64,000 nucleotides of DNA from an uncultured Fibrobacteraceae bacterium (GTDB taxonomy: Bacteria > Krumholzibacteriota > Krumholzibacteriia > LZORAL124-64-63). The stretch's first letter is position 1; the number at the start of each line of letters is the position of its first letter. The DNA is taken from contig CAYTEO010000001.1 of NCBI GenBank assembly GCA_964436825.1, positions 9,035 to 73,034 of the forward strand, in the 5' to 3' direction. The notes beneath the pieces are model-generated. The model worked only from the letters and a program-made list of their open reading frames with translations, was not told the DNA's origin and searched no databases. A program made the position numbers and the translations under genes. Shown here piece by piece: positions 36,773-45,366 of this stretch.

Positions 36773-37143
36773 CCTCGCGTCCGCAGCCGCTGGCCCGGGC
36801 GGCGTCCCCCCGTCGGCTCGGCGCCGGCCCCCAGCAGCAGGATCGTGCGCAGGTAGCTGCTCCAGCGCGACAGCAGGAGCCGATGGCCGTAGGGGGCCAG
36901 GTCCCGTCGCCATGCCAGCAGGTCGGCCACGGCGCGGTAGTCGACGTGGATCAGGCGGGCGCCGTCCAAGACGATCCGGCGACCCCGCTGCCAGAGCAGG
37001 GCGTCGACACGCCGGCGGACGGCCGCCAGGGTCCGGCGATCGAGGATCCCCGAGAGAGCGACCCGGACCGTCCCCTCGCGGGCGGCGATCTCACAGGTGA
37101 GACCCCCCTCGACCACGCGCAGGTCCGGCTGTTTCCGGGTCAT
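36769..37143 (-). CDS. STAS-domain protein (anti-sigma-factor-antagonist-like) inserted between mraZ and rsmH.
   Basis: About 124-132 aa. VRVALSGILDRRTLAAVRRRVDALLWQRGRRIVLDGARLIHVDYRAVADLLAWRRDL fits the STAS/SpoIIAA fold pattern. In-frame, compact, and 4-nt coupled to rsmH. Confidence 0.5.
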   Translation of the reverse strand: MTRKQPDLRVVEGGLTCEIAAREGTVRVALSGILDRRTLAAVRRRVDALLWQRGRRIVLDGARLIHVDYRAVADLLAWRRDLAPYGHRLLLSRWSSYLRTILLLGAGAEPTGGRRPGQRLRTRG

Positions 37144-37243
37144 CTCTCTCGGCGCCATGGGCTCCATCCCATCTGCGATGCGACATCCGTGTCCGCAGGG
37201 GCTCCATCCCTGGCGTTCGTCGCTCCCTCATCCACCTGGACGC

Positions 37244-37705
37244 TCAGAAGACGTCGTCCAGGAAGGCCTCGTCCTCGGGGTCCTCCGTGACGGCGATGCT
37301 CTCGGGGAACCGCTCCGGGGCCCAGAGTTCCATGTAACGTCCCATCCCCACGACCAGGACCCGCCGCGTGATCCCGACCTTCTCCAGCAGTTCCACCGGC
37401 ACGGAGACCCTCCCCTGCCCGTCGGGCACGAGGCGGTAGCTGTGGGCGCTGAACCGGCGCAGGCGCGCACGGCCCTCCCGGCCCTTTCCGCGGGCCTGGA
37501 GTTCCGCGATGACCCGCTCCCACTCCTGCAGGGGGAAGACCGTCAGGGCACCGTCCAGTCCGGGGGTGACGTAGTAGAGCTCCTCGTCCCCGCCCTCGCG
37601 GCGGAAACGGAACGGCAGACTGAGGCGTCCCTTGGCGTCGACGGCCCGTTCGTACGACCCCGTGAACGTCGGTGGAGTGCCGCTGTCGAGCCTCGCCACG
37701 TTCAT
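37244..37705 (-). CDS. mraZ: Transcriptional regulator MraZ.
   Basis: Two tandem MraZ/SpoVT-AbrB-like halves, each with DxxGR (VDAKGRLSLP, VPDGQGRVSVP). Confidence 0.85.
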   Translation of the reverse strand: MNVARLDSGTPPTFTGSYERAVDAKGRLSLPFRFRREGGDEELYYVTPGLDGALTVFPLQEWERVIAELQARGKGREGRARLRRFSAHSYRLVPDGQGRVSVPVELLEKVGITRRVLVVGMGRYMELWAPERFPESIAVTEDPEDEAFLDDVF

Positions 37706-37721
37706 CGTCCCTGGAACTCAC

Positions 37722-37790
37722 TTTCACCACAAATCACCATAAATCACCACTCGATGCCGCGACAATACACCGCTCCCCCATGGGTGTCAA
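37722..37790 (-). promoter_or_regulatory. dcw promoter (TTGACA-17 nt-TATTGT) followed by three direct GGTGA repeats at 10-bp phasing (MraZ-box-like operator).
   Basis: Minus-strand sequence: TTGACAcccatgggggagcggtgTATTGTcgcggcatcgagtGGTGAtttatGGTGAtttgtGGTGAaagtgag, followed by the mraZ ATG. Confidence 0.45.
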
Positions 37791-37888
37791 CCCCCGAAAG
37801 CGATTTTTTTCGGGAGGGGGCAGACCACTGGCCATCAGCGTCAACCGATGGTCTTACAATGCGTTACGAGATCCGCAGGAAGTCGGGA

Positions 37889-39187
37889 TCAGCCGCGGGG
37901 GCGGCGGAGTGCTGCCGGCAGGAGGATCCCCGACCAGGGGAGCCCGCTGGCATGACGGAACCGGACCAGCATGACGGCGGCGCCGACGGAATAGGCGATC
38001 GTCGAGGCCCAGGCGGCACCGACCGCCCCGTGGGAGGGGATGAGGCAGAGGCCGGCGGCCAGGTTGACGGCCAGGGTCGCCAGGCTGGCCTGGGTGTTCC
38101 AGCCCGGACGGCCGCGGCCGATGAAATCGGCCGCCAGGACCGATCCCGCCGCGAAGACGACGATCCCCGGCAACAGGGCCCGCAGGGCGACCCCGGCACC
38201 GGCGTAGTCGGGGCCGAACAGGCGCGGGACGACCGCCGGCGCCAGCAGGAACAGGGGAACCGCCGCCAGTCCGGTCGCCCCCACGGCCAGGCGGACCGCG
38301 GCGGCCGATCGCTCGTCGCGGTCGCTCTCCGTCCCGGCCGCCGAGTAGACCAGCAGGGGCTGCAGGGCCCCCGGCAGCAACCAGAGCAATTCCCCCACGA
38401 GGACGGCCACCGAGTAGACTCCCACCACACCGGCCGGGTGGAAGGCGGCGACCACCGCCAGGTCGATGCGCAGGTGGAGCAGGGAGACGACCGCCGAGAG
38501 CTGTCCGAACCGGCCCGACCGCCAGAGGCGAACGATCACCTCGCGCAGGGCCGGCCGGTCCGGCTCCCCCGCCCCCTCGCCACCCTCCCGCAGGGCACGG
38601 GTGCCGAGAACGCTCAGGGCGACCGCGGCCGCCAGCTGGCTGCCGGCGAGGGCGACCAGGACGGCCCCCAGGGAGAGCCTTCCGGCCGCCAGCAGACCAC
38701 CCGCCAGCAGCAACCAGAACAGGGCCCGCAGGGCGCCCACCAGGGGCGGCTGGAAGATCCTGCCCGCGGCCGTCAGGTCGTAGGTGAAGACATCGCTGGC
38801 GATCAGGGCCGCCAGCAGCAGGACGGTCGGCAGGACGACGGTCCAGGTCCCGAGCTCGGCCAGCGGCCCGGCCAGGGCGGGCCAGGCCGGCAGCAGGAAC
38901 CGGCAGGCGGGCAGGGCGAGCACCATCACGCCGGCGATCCAGGCGATCTGGGCGGACAGGATGCTTCGCGCCGGCAGCGTTCCGCGACGCAACAGGGGCA
39001 CGGCGGCCAGCCCGAGCCCCCCGTTCAGCAGCGCCGCACCGGCGGTGGCCGCCAGGACGAGCAGGCTGTAGTGCCCCTGCCCCGCCGGACCCAGTGCCTT
39101 CGCCACGAGCCACCCGGCCACCGCCGCGGCCCCGGCCTGGACGAGCCTGGCGGCAAGGATCACCCCGCCCTGGCGGGCGAGCCTCAC
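37889..39187 (-). CDS. wzx: Polysaccharide/O-antigen flippase (Wzx, MOP superfamily).
   Basis: About 12-14 TM helices with a Wzx-like length. The likely GTG start overlaps the upstream FemAB-like stop (GTGA). Confidence 0.65.
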   Translation of the reverse strand: MRLARQGGVILAARLVQAGAAAVAGWLVAKALGPAGQGHYSLLVLAATAGAALLNGGLGLAAVPLLRRGTLPARSILSAQIAWIAGVMVLALPACRFLLPAWPALAGPLAELGTWTVVLPTVLLLAALIASDVFTYDLTAAGRIFQPPLVGALRALFWLLLAGGLLAAGRLSLGAVLVALAGSQLAAAVALSVLGTRALREGGEGAGEPDRPALREVIVRLWRSGRFGQLSAVVSLLHLRIDLAVVAAFHPAGVVGVYSVAVLVGELLWLLPGALQPLLVYSAAGTESDRDERSAAAVRLAVGATGLAAVPLFLLAPAVVPRLFGPDYAGAGVALRALLPGIVVFAAGSVLAADFIGRGRPGWNTQASLATLAVNLAAGLCLIPSHGAVGAAWASTIAYSVGAAVMLVRFRHASGLPWSGILLPAALRRPRG

Positions 39188-40212
39188 CGGCCTCTCCCCC
39201 GCCAGGCACGCGACCAGCGCACCGGGAACCATTCGCGGCGCCAGAGGCCGCGCATCACCTCCTGCGCCCCGAGCAACCGCTTGAAGTTGGCCACACCCCG
39301 CTGGCCGCCGTGGCCGCCCAGGTCGAGCCAGCGCGCCCCGCGGGCGCAGGCCTCCTGCAGGTCGCCCCAGACCAGGAGTGTCGCGGGAAACAGCTCCTCG
39401 CGTCCGGGCAGGGTGGCACCCAGCCAGGCCGTCACCGTCTCCCCCTCGTGCAGCAGGAGGTGACCGCCCAGGAACTCGTCACCGTGCCGGACGACCGTGC
39501 AGAAGACACGGCCGCCGGCGGCTGCCAGCAGGTCGGCCAGCAGCGCCAGCGGCGGTGGCGTGATCCCCCAGCGCCGGGCCGAGAGGGCGTAGACCGCCAG
39601 GAACGGTTCCGCCACGGCGGGATCGGTGGTCGTCTCCAGGCGGCAGCCCCGTCGCAGGGAACGGTTCCGCTCGTTGCGGCGGTTCTTGCGCAGCTGTTCC
39701 CGCTCGACGGCCTCCAGGCCGGGAGCCAGGTCGAAGACGGCGGCCGGGACCGTCTCGCGGCGCCAGCCCTCCGCCCGGAGATGGCCGGCCAGCGCACCGT
39801 CCCACGGCGGCGGCAGGGAGAGGGAGGCGCTCACCCTGCGGACACCCCTGCCCACCAGCCGGGCCCAGCCCACCGCGCAGGCGGCCACGACCTCTTCGCG
39901 CCGCCGCGCCGGGAGTCCCGCCACGAGCAGCGGCGCTCCGGAGAGGCCCTCGTGCTGCCCCTGGACGACCTCCAGGGGGCCCCGGCGGCGGACGATCCCG
40001 ATCATCCCGGCCAGGGGACGCTCCCCCTCGCTGACCAGCAGCCAGAGGGGACGCCGCCGCGGCAGGTGCCGGCAGAGGGTCGTCGCCCAGACGGGATCGG
40101 CATACAGGGACGGGTGCTCGGCGTCGGCGAGCAGGCGCTCCCACGCCCGCGGCGGGGAAGGCCCCTCGACCAGCGTCACCGACAGTTCCCCCAGCTCCAG
40201 GCGGTCGGGCAT
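39184..40212 (-). CDS. FemAB-like / GNAT-fold acyltransferase (BioF2/CelD-like).
   Basis: 342 aa. Fold-level resemblance to FemAB/GNAT acyltransferases of exopolysaccharide loci. GAGGGGGA RBS. Functional call is tentative. Confidence 0.45.
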   Translation of the reverse strand: MPDRLELGELSVTLVEGPSPPRAWERLLADAEHPSLYADPVWATTLCRHLPRRRPLWLLVSEGERPLAGMIGIVRRRGPLEVVQGQHEGLSGAPLLVAGLPARRREEVVAACAVGWARLVGRGVRRVSASLSLPPPWDGALAGHLRAEGWRRETVPAAVFDLAPGLEAVEREQLRKNRRNERNRSLRRGCRLETTTDPAVAEPFLAVYALSARRWGITPPPLALLADLLAAAGGRVFCTVVRHGDEFLGGHLLLHEGETVTAWLGATLPGREELFPATLLVWGDLQEACARGARWLDLGGHGGQRGVANFKRLLGAQEVMRGLWRREWFPVRWSRAWRGRGR

Positions 40213-40224
40213 GGTGCGTCCCCC

Positions 40225-42630
40225 TCAGCGGACCAGGGAGACCTGGCGGACGACCACGGCGCCTTCCCGGGCGATCCTGACCAGGTAGACCCCCGGCGCG
40301 GCCGGATCCCCGGCCAGGTTCCGGCCGTCCCAGAACGGCTCGTCGTTGGCCACGTGGTCGTTGCGGTAGACGACCTGCCCCTCCAGGTCGTAGATCACGA
40401 CGGCGACACCGCCGGTGATCGCGAGGGATCCCCACTGGACCGGCGCGACGACCCCTCCCACCCGCAGACCGGCATGTCGGCCGGGCCGGAAGGGATTGGG
40501 GTAGAGACGGACCGACGCCAGTGCCGAGCCTTCCTCCATGGCGGCGGTAACGGTCACCAGGACGGCGCCGTTCTCCCCGCTGACCAGGATCCGGCTGCCG
40601 TCGGGGGAGACGGCCGTCTCCCGGAACTTGCCCGGCGGCAGGCCGGCGATGATCGTCGGCGAGTAGAGCACGCCGAGGCCGGCGCGGAAGTAGTCGCCGA
40701 CCGACGTGTAGGGAACGATCGTCGTCGTCTCGCTCCCCTCGTCGACCCGCTCGATCCCCAGGTCGTGGCAGATCCAGGCGCTGCCGGTCCCGTCGACACA
40801 GACGTCCGACACCCCTTCCTGCATCAGGCCGGGCATGGCCGGATCCCGCTTGGCGTGGTACTCGCCCAGCATCTCGATCCCCACGCTGCCGGCGCCGAAG
40901 GAGAGGACACGGAAGTGGGCCAGTCCCGACCCGCCCGCCGCCCAGACGGTCCCGTCGTCGGCGACGGCCAGGGCCCGCGTGCCCGCGAAGCTGTAGAACG
41001 AGCCGGCCGGTGCCGCGTCCAGCCGCGCCCACTGGTCGTCCCCCGTCTCCAGCCAGGTGAGATCGTCCTCCGCGCCGCCGGCCAGGCCGTTGGGGTCCCA
41101 GAAGGCCACGCCCACGTTCTCGACGGCGAAGGCGATCCGGTCGGGCCGCACGACGACGGCGTCACGCACCGTCCCCCCGCCCAGGCCCGCGGCGTCGGTG
41201 GGCAGGTGGAGCCAGGCGCCGGGATCGTGGCCGCGGTCGGGATCGACCAGGACGTGGACCCCGCTGACGTCGCTGCACATCAGGACCGGCCCCGCCGGAT
41301 GGACCTGCAGGGCGACGATCCGATCATCCGGCAGGCCGGAGTTGGTGCGATCCAGGTGGACGAAGCGATCCGACCGGGGATCGAAGTGGATGACACCGCC
41401 GCTCTGGAACTGGCAGAACCAGACGTCCCCGTCGGGGCCGGCCGCGACCGAGAGGATCGGGCCGTCGTCGTCGAACAGGCCGGCGGAGTCGTTGTCCGCG
41501 CTGGCCAGGCGGGTCACCTGCTGCCAGGTATCGCCGTCGCCCCAGGCGATCCCCTCGGCCTGGCGCCCCCCCAGCCAGAGGGTCCCGTCGGAACCGACGG
41601 CCGCACCGTCGCTGTTGACGAAGAAGGGATCGTCGGTCAGGTACTGTGACCACTGGTCCCCGCTGCGACCGGCCACCCACGCGCGCGCCGCGTGCATGTT
41701 GTCGTCGGTGACGGGGGTGGTCCCCCCGACCCAGAGACGGCTGCCGGAGACCAGGGCGTGGGCGCCGTCGCGGGGCAGCGTGACCGGCTGCCAGGCCGCA
41801 CCGTCCCAGCGCCACAGGAGGAGGTCGGCGGCGCCGGCGGCGGCCAGGCACCAGAGGGTGTCGTCCTGGACGGCAAGGGCCGCCGCGGCCCGCCCCAGTG
41901 CCCCCACCGGGACCCAGTCGGCGTCGTCGGGAGCGCGCCGGTAGACGCCGGTGTCGGCGGCCGCCCAGACGGTGTCGGCCACGGCCAGCAGGTCACCGAC
42001 GTTGGTCCCGGCCAGCGACCCGCTCCAGTCCGTCAGCAGGTTGTCGCGCAGCAGGGAGACGCCGGCGTCGGTGCCGATGACCAGGTCGTCCCCGCGCAGG
42101 GCCAGGGCGGTGATCACGTCGCTGACCAGCCCCGGATCCTCGGTGGTGGTGTAGGTCCCGCCCGGCAGGCCGTTGCTGACGAGACCGAACCCGGCCCCGT
42201 CGGTCCCGTACCAGACGCGCTCCGTCTCACCGCGCACGGTCCCGGTGACGGCCGTCACGGCCAGGTCGGCGATGTTCGTCACCTGGCGGAAGACGGGACC
42301 GTCGGCGGCGAGCGTCACCCTGGTCAGGCCGCCGTCGCGTGTCGCCACCCAGAGGTTCGCCCCCGTCCAGGCCAGGTCCGCGATCCGCTGCCCCGACAGC
42401 CCGTCCCCCGTCGTCCAGCGCCGGACCGGGGCGAGATCGCCTGTCGCCAGGACGACGATCCCGCCGTCGGCGAGGCCGCCGTACAGCTCGCCCGAGACCT
42501 CGACCAGCGCGACGCAATCGCGGGCCCCGGGCAGGACGCGGAGGTCCACCGCGCCACGGGCCGGCAGCTGGAGCAGAAAGACCAGGGCGATCGCCAGGCC
42601 CAGCGGCGGGGCGATGCAGCGTCTTCTCAT
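40225..42630 (-). CDS. Secreted beta-propeller (two-component-regulator-propeller / Y_Y_Y-like) protein with a T9SS-type C-terminal sorting domain.
   Basis: Signal peptide MRRRCIAPPLGLAIALVFLLQLPARG. Many W/G-rich blade repeats. The C-terminal about 80 aa (LYPNPFRPG...VVIYDLEGQVV...GVYLVRI) match the Por/T9SS CTD pattern. ATGA overlap with the upstream GT2. Confidence 0.65.
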   Translation of the reverse strand: MRRRCIAPPLGLAIALVFLLQLPARGAVDLRVLPGARDCVALVEVSGELYGGLADGGIVVLATGDLAPVRRWTTGDGLSGQRIADLAWTGANLWVATRDGGLTRVTLAADGPVFRQVTNIADLAVTAVTGTVRGETERVWYGTDGAGFGLVSNGLPGGTYTTTEDPGLVSDVITALALRGDDLVIGTDAGVSLLRDNLLTDWSGSLAGTNVGDLLAVADTVWAAADTGVYRRAPDDADWVPVGALGRAAAALAVQDDTLWCLAAAGAADLLLWRWDGAAWQPVTLPRDGAHALVSGSRLWVGGTTPVTDDNMHAARAWVAGRSGDQWSQYLTDDPFFVNSDGAAVGSDGTLWLGGRQAEGIAWGDGDTWQQVTRLASADNDSAGLFDDDGPILSVAAGPDGDVWFCQFQSGGVIHFDPRSDRFVHLDRTNSGLPDDRIVALQVHPAGPVLMCSDVSGVHVLVDPDRGHDPGAWLHLPTDAAGLGGGTVRDAVVVRPDRIAFAVENVGVAFWDPNGLAGGAEDDLTWLETGDDQWARLDAAPAGSFYSFAGTRALAVADDGTVWAAGGSGLAHFRVLSFGAGSVGIEMLGEYHAKRDPAMPGLMQEGVSDVCVDGTGSAWICHDLGIERVDEGSETTTIVPYTSVGDYFRAGLGVLYSPTIIAGLPPGKFRETAVSPDGSRILVSGENGAVLVTVTAAMEEGSALASVRLYPNPFRPGRHAGLRVGGVVAPVQWGSLAITGGVAVVIYDLEGQVVYRNDHVANDEPFWDGRNLAGDPAAPGVYLVRIAREGAVVVRQVSLVR

Positions 42631-44648
42631 GGGGCTCTCCTGTTCTCAGGGGCAGTCGGGTTGATGCTAACGCGACCGCCGGGCGTCGTCCAGAGCCGGC
42701 GCCAGCGCTCGCCGCGCGTGGTGCCGGCCCAGGGACCGGTCAGACCGGGGCGACCGGGGGTGAGGCACCAGCTCTCCCCCGCCGCGACCGGTTCCTCCCC
42801 TGCCGACAGGGGCATGTCGCTCCAGAGGGAGAGCGCCCCCCGACGCAGCGCCGCCAGCAGGACGGGCTGCCGCCAGAGGGATCGCGGCCGGCCGTCGGCA
42901 TCCACGTGGACCGCCACCTGGCTTCCCTGGCCGGTCAGCGGCAGCACGACGACACGATCGTCGCGCGACCGACGGTTCACCAGCCGGCCCAGCATGCCGG
43001 CCGGCCAGAGCAGGACCCCCGCCGACAGGTCCGCCAGCCGCCTGCCGAGACCGGCCAGGGGATGTCCCTCGCCGGGGTCCAGGACCAGGCTCGGGAGCGG
43101 ACCGAAGGCCTCCCCCCTCCCGCCGGCGACGGCCAGGGAGGCGGCAGGGACCTGCCAGCGCAGGCGGACCCGGCGCCGACGCAGTTCCCGCAGCAGGCGC
43201 AGCTCGTCCGGATCGCCCGCCGGCCAGGCGAAGAAGACGACCTGCCCGATGCGGTAACGATCGACGACGGTCCCCATCTCCGCGCGCACTCCCAGCTGCG
43301 GCAGGGAGACCTTGCCGGCGACGATCCGGTCGTCGCCGAGATAACCCACCAGGTCCAGGCCCAGGCGGCGGGGATCCCCGACGGCGGCCAGCCAGTCGGT
43401 GAGCCCTGCCGGGGGATCGACCAGGAGGGTCCGTTCCAGGGAGAGGTGTCCCTTCGTCATGCGGCGACGCAACCGTTCCCAGAGCGTGCCGCCGAGACCG
43501 AGGGACAGCACCAGCAGGGGGAAGAACAACAGCAGGACGGCCCGGCTGTAGACGACCTGGTGGCTCAGATAGGTGCTGGCCAGCAGCAGCAGCGCGACCG
43601 TCCCCGCCTGCTGCAGGTCCTCCCGCCAGCCGGGGCGCCAGCGGCCGGTGCGCCGCCGGTAGCGGCCCCGCAGGACGAAGGTGACCGTCGCCAGCAGCGC
43701 GGCGTAGAGCTGCAGGCCGTGGTACTCCGACCACGGGAACAGCGGCTCCGCGAACAGCGGCTGCAGCAGGCGGCGCACCAGGTAGGCCCCCCCGAAGGCC
43801 AGGTTGACGGCCGCCATGTCCAAGAGCCAGGCCAGCAGGGTCCCCAGGGGGCCGGACCAGCGCTTCAGGGCGTAGACCAGCAGTCCCCATTTCTCGTAGA
43901 AGGAGATGAGGCTGGCCAGGTGGAGCCAGAAGCCGCGCCGGGTGATCCCGCCTGCGCTGGCGCGCCGGTGCCTGTGGACGAACCGGGCCACCGGCGTGTA
44001 ACGCACCTCGTAGCCGGCCTGCCACATCCGGTAGCACCAGTCCACGTCCTCGAAGTAGAGGAAGAAGCGCTCGTCCATGGGACCGACCCGCCGCAGCGCC
44101 TCGCGGCGCACCAGCAGGCAGCCGCCCAGGACCCAGTCGACGGGCCGGGCCGACAGGTGGTCGAAGTCCCGCATCAGGTGCAGTTGCACCGCCCTGGCCC
44201 GCGGGAAGAGCCTTCCGAGGATGGTCCGGCGCAGGACCAGCGTGGTGAAGGTATAGAAACGGCGGCACGACTCCTGGATCGAGCCGTCGGGGTTGAGCAG
44301 CTGGGGACCGATGATCCCCGCCCGGGGATGGGCGTCGGCGTCGGCCAGCAGGGCGTCGATCGCACCGGGCAGGACGACGATGTCGGGATTGAGGATCAGC
44401 GTGTAGTCGGCCTCGCAGAGGGCGAGCCCCGCGTTGACGCCGGCCGCGTAGCCCACGTTGCGGCTCTGGAAGAGCCAGTCGACGCCGGGGAACCGTTCCC
44501 GGACCGCCGGCAGGCCAGGGTCGTCGGAGGCGTTGTCGACGACGATGATGCGGTACTCGCAGGCGGGCGGGTTCTCCTGCAGCGACCCGAGGCAGCGGGC
44601 CAGATCGTCGCTCGTGTTGTAGTGGACGATGACGATCGAGAGCTTCAC
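42627..44648 (-). CDS. GT2-family glycosyltransferase fused to a polytopic membrane/Rossmann-like C-terminal region.
   Basis: N-terminal SIVIVHYNTSDDL...VVDNASDD...DVDWCYRMWQAGY GT2 motifs (DxD). Four or more TM helices and a C-terminal region with a weak PGLTGPW resemblance to sugar-phosphotransferases. GTG start. Confidence 0.65.
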   Translation of the reverse strand: MKLSIVIVHYNTSDDLARCLGSLQENPPACEYRIIVVDNASDDPGLPAVRERFPGVDWLFQSRNVGYAAGVNAGLALCEADYTLILNPDIVVLPGAIDALLADADAHPRAGIIGPQLLNPDGSIQESCRRFYTFTTLVLRRTILGRLFPRARAVQLHLMRDFDHLSARPVDWVLGGCLLVRREALRRVGPMDERFFLYFEDVDWCYRMWQAGYEVRYTPVARFVHRHRRASAGGITRRGFWLHLASLISFYEKWGLLVYALKRWSGPLGTLLAWLLDMAAVNLAFGGAYLVRRLLQPLFAEPLFPWSEYHGLQLYAALLATVTFVLRGRYRRRTGRWRPGWREDLQQAGTVALLLLASTYLSHQVVYSRAVLLLFFPLLVLSLGLGGTLWERLRRRMTKGHLSLERTLLVDPPAGLTDWLAAVGDPRRLGLDLVGYLGDDRIVAGKVSLPQLGVRAEMGTVVDRYRIGQVVFFAWPAGDPDELRLLRELRRRRVRLRWQVPAASLAVAGGRGEAFGPLPSLVLDPGEGHPLAGLGRRLADLSAGVLLWPAGMLGRLVNRRSRDDRVVVLPLTGQGSQVAVHVDADGRPRSLWRQPVLLAALRRGALSLWSDMPLSAGEEPVAAGESWCLTPGRPGLTGPWAGTTRGERWRRLWTTPGGRVSINPTAPENRRAP

Positions 44649-44658
44649 TCCGCCTCCC

Positions 44659-45366
44659 CTAGGGGATGCGCCGCAGGCGCAATGACCAGACGACCCACAT
44701 GGCCTCCAGGATGATCCGCTTGGACATCTTGGAGACGCCCACCTGCCGGTCGACGAACAGGATGGGAATCTCCTTGATCCGGAATCCCCGCTTCCAGCAG
44801 TGATAGTTCATCTCGATCTGGAAGGAGTAGCCGTCGCTGCGGATCCGGTCCAGGGGCAGCGCCTCCAGGACGTGGCGCCGGAAACACTTGAAACCGCCGG
44901 TGCTGTCCTTGATCGGCATCCCGGTGACCAAGCGGGCGTAGATGTTGGCCCCGACGCTCAGCACGAGCCGGCGCAGCGGCCAGTTGACGACCGTCACGCC
45001 GTTGAGGTAGCGGCTCCCCAGGACGACGTCGTAGTCCCGGATCTCCCGCAGGAAGGTGTCGATCGCGCGGGGGTCGTGGCTGAAGTCGGCGTCCATCTCG
45101 AAGATGGCCTCGGCGTCGGTCTCGCGCAGGGCCCACTGGAAGCCGGCGATGTAGGCTGCTCCCAGGCCCGCCTTCACCGGCCGCAGCAGCAGGTGGACGC
45201 GTTTTCCGTATTCCGACAGCGCGCGGACGACGTCCGCGGTGCCGTCGGGCGAGCTGTCGTCGACGACCAGGACCTGGAGCCGGGGGTCCCGCTCCAGGAC
45301 GGCGGGAACGATCCGGCCGATGTTCTCTGCTTCGTTGTAGGTGGGGATGACGACCAGGCTCTTCAC
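44659..45366 (-). CDS. Polyprenol-monophosphate sugar synthase (Dpm1/Ppm1-like GT2).
   Basis: VVIPTYNEAENI...VVDDSSPDGT...EMDADFSHDP...GFKCFRR is the canonical Dpm1-family motif set. The GTG start overlaps the upstream YfhO-like stop (GTGA). AGGAGGA RBS. Confidence 0.8.
   Translation of the reverse strand: MKSLVVIPTYNEAENIGRIVPAVLERDPRLQVLVVDDSSPDGTADVVRALSEYGKRVHLLLRPVKAGLGAAYIAGFQWALRETDAEAIFEMDADFSHDPRAIDTFLREIRDYDVVLGSRYLNGVTVVNWPLRRLVLSVGANIYARLVTGMPIKDSTGGFKCFRRHVLEALPLDRIRSDGYSFQIEMNYHCWKRGFRIKEIPILFVDRQVGVSKMSKRIILEAMWVVWSLRLRRIP

Noticed and set aside
37854-39209. 451-aa ORF in an alternative minus frame overlapping wzx, and ORF 37864..38430.
   Set aside because: Arg/Gly/Pro artifact. 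The 37889..39232 frame gives a 12-14 TM flippase-like protein.
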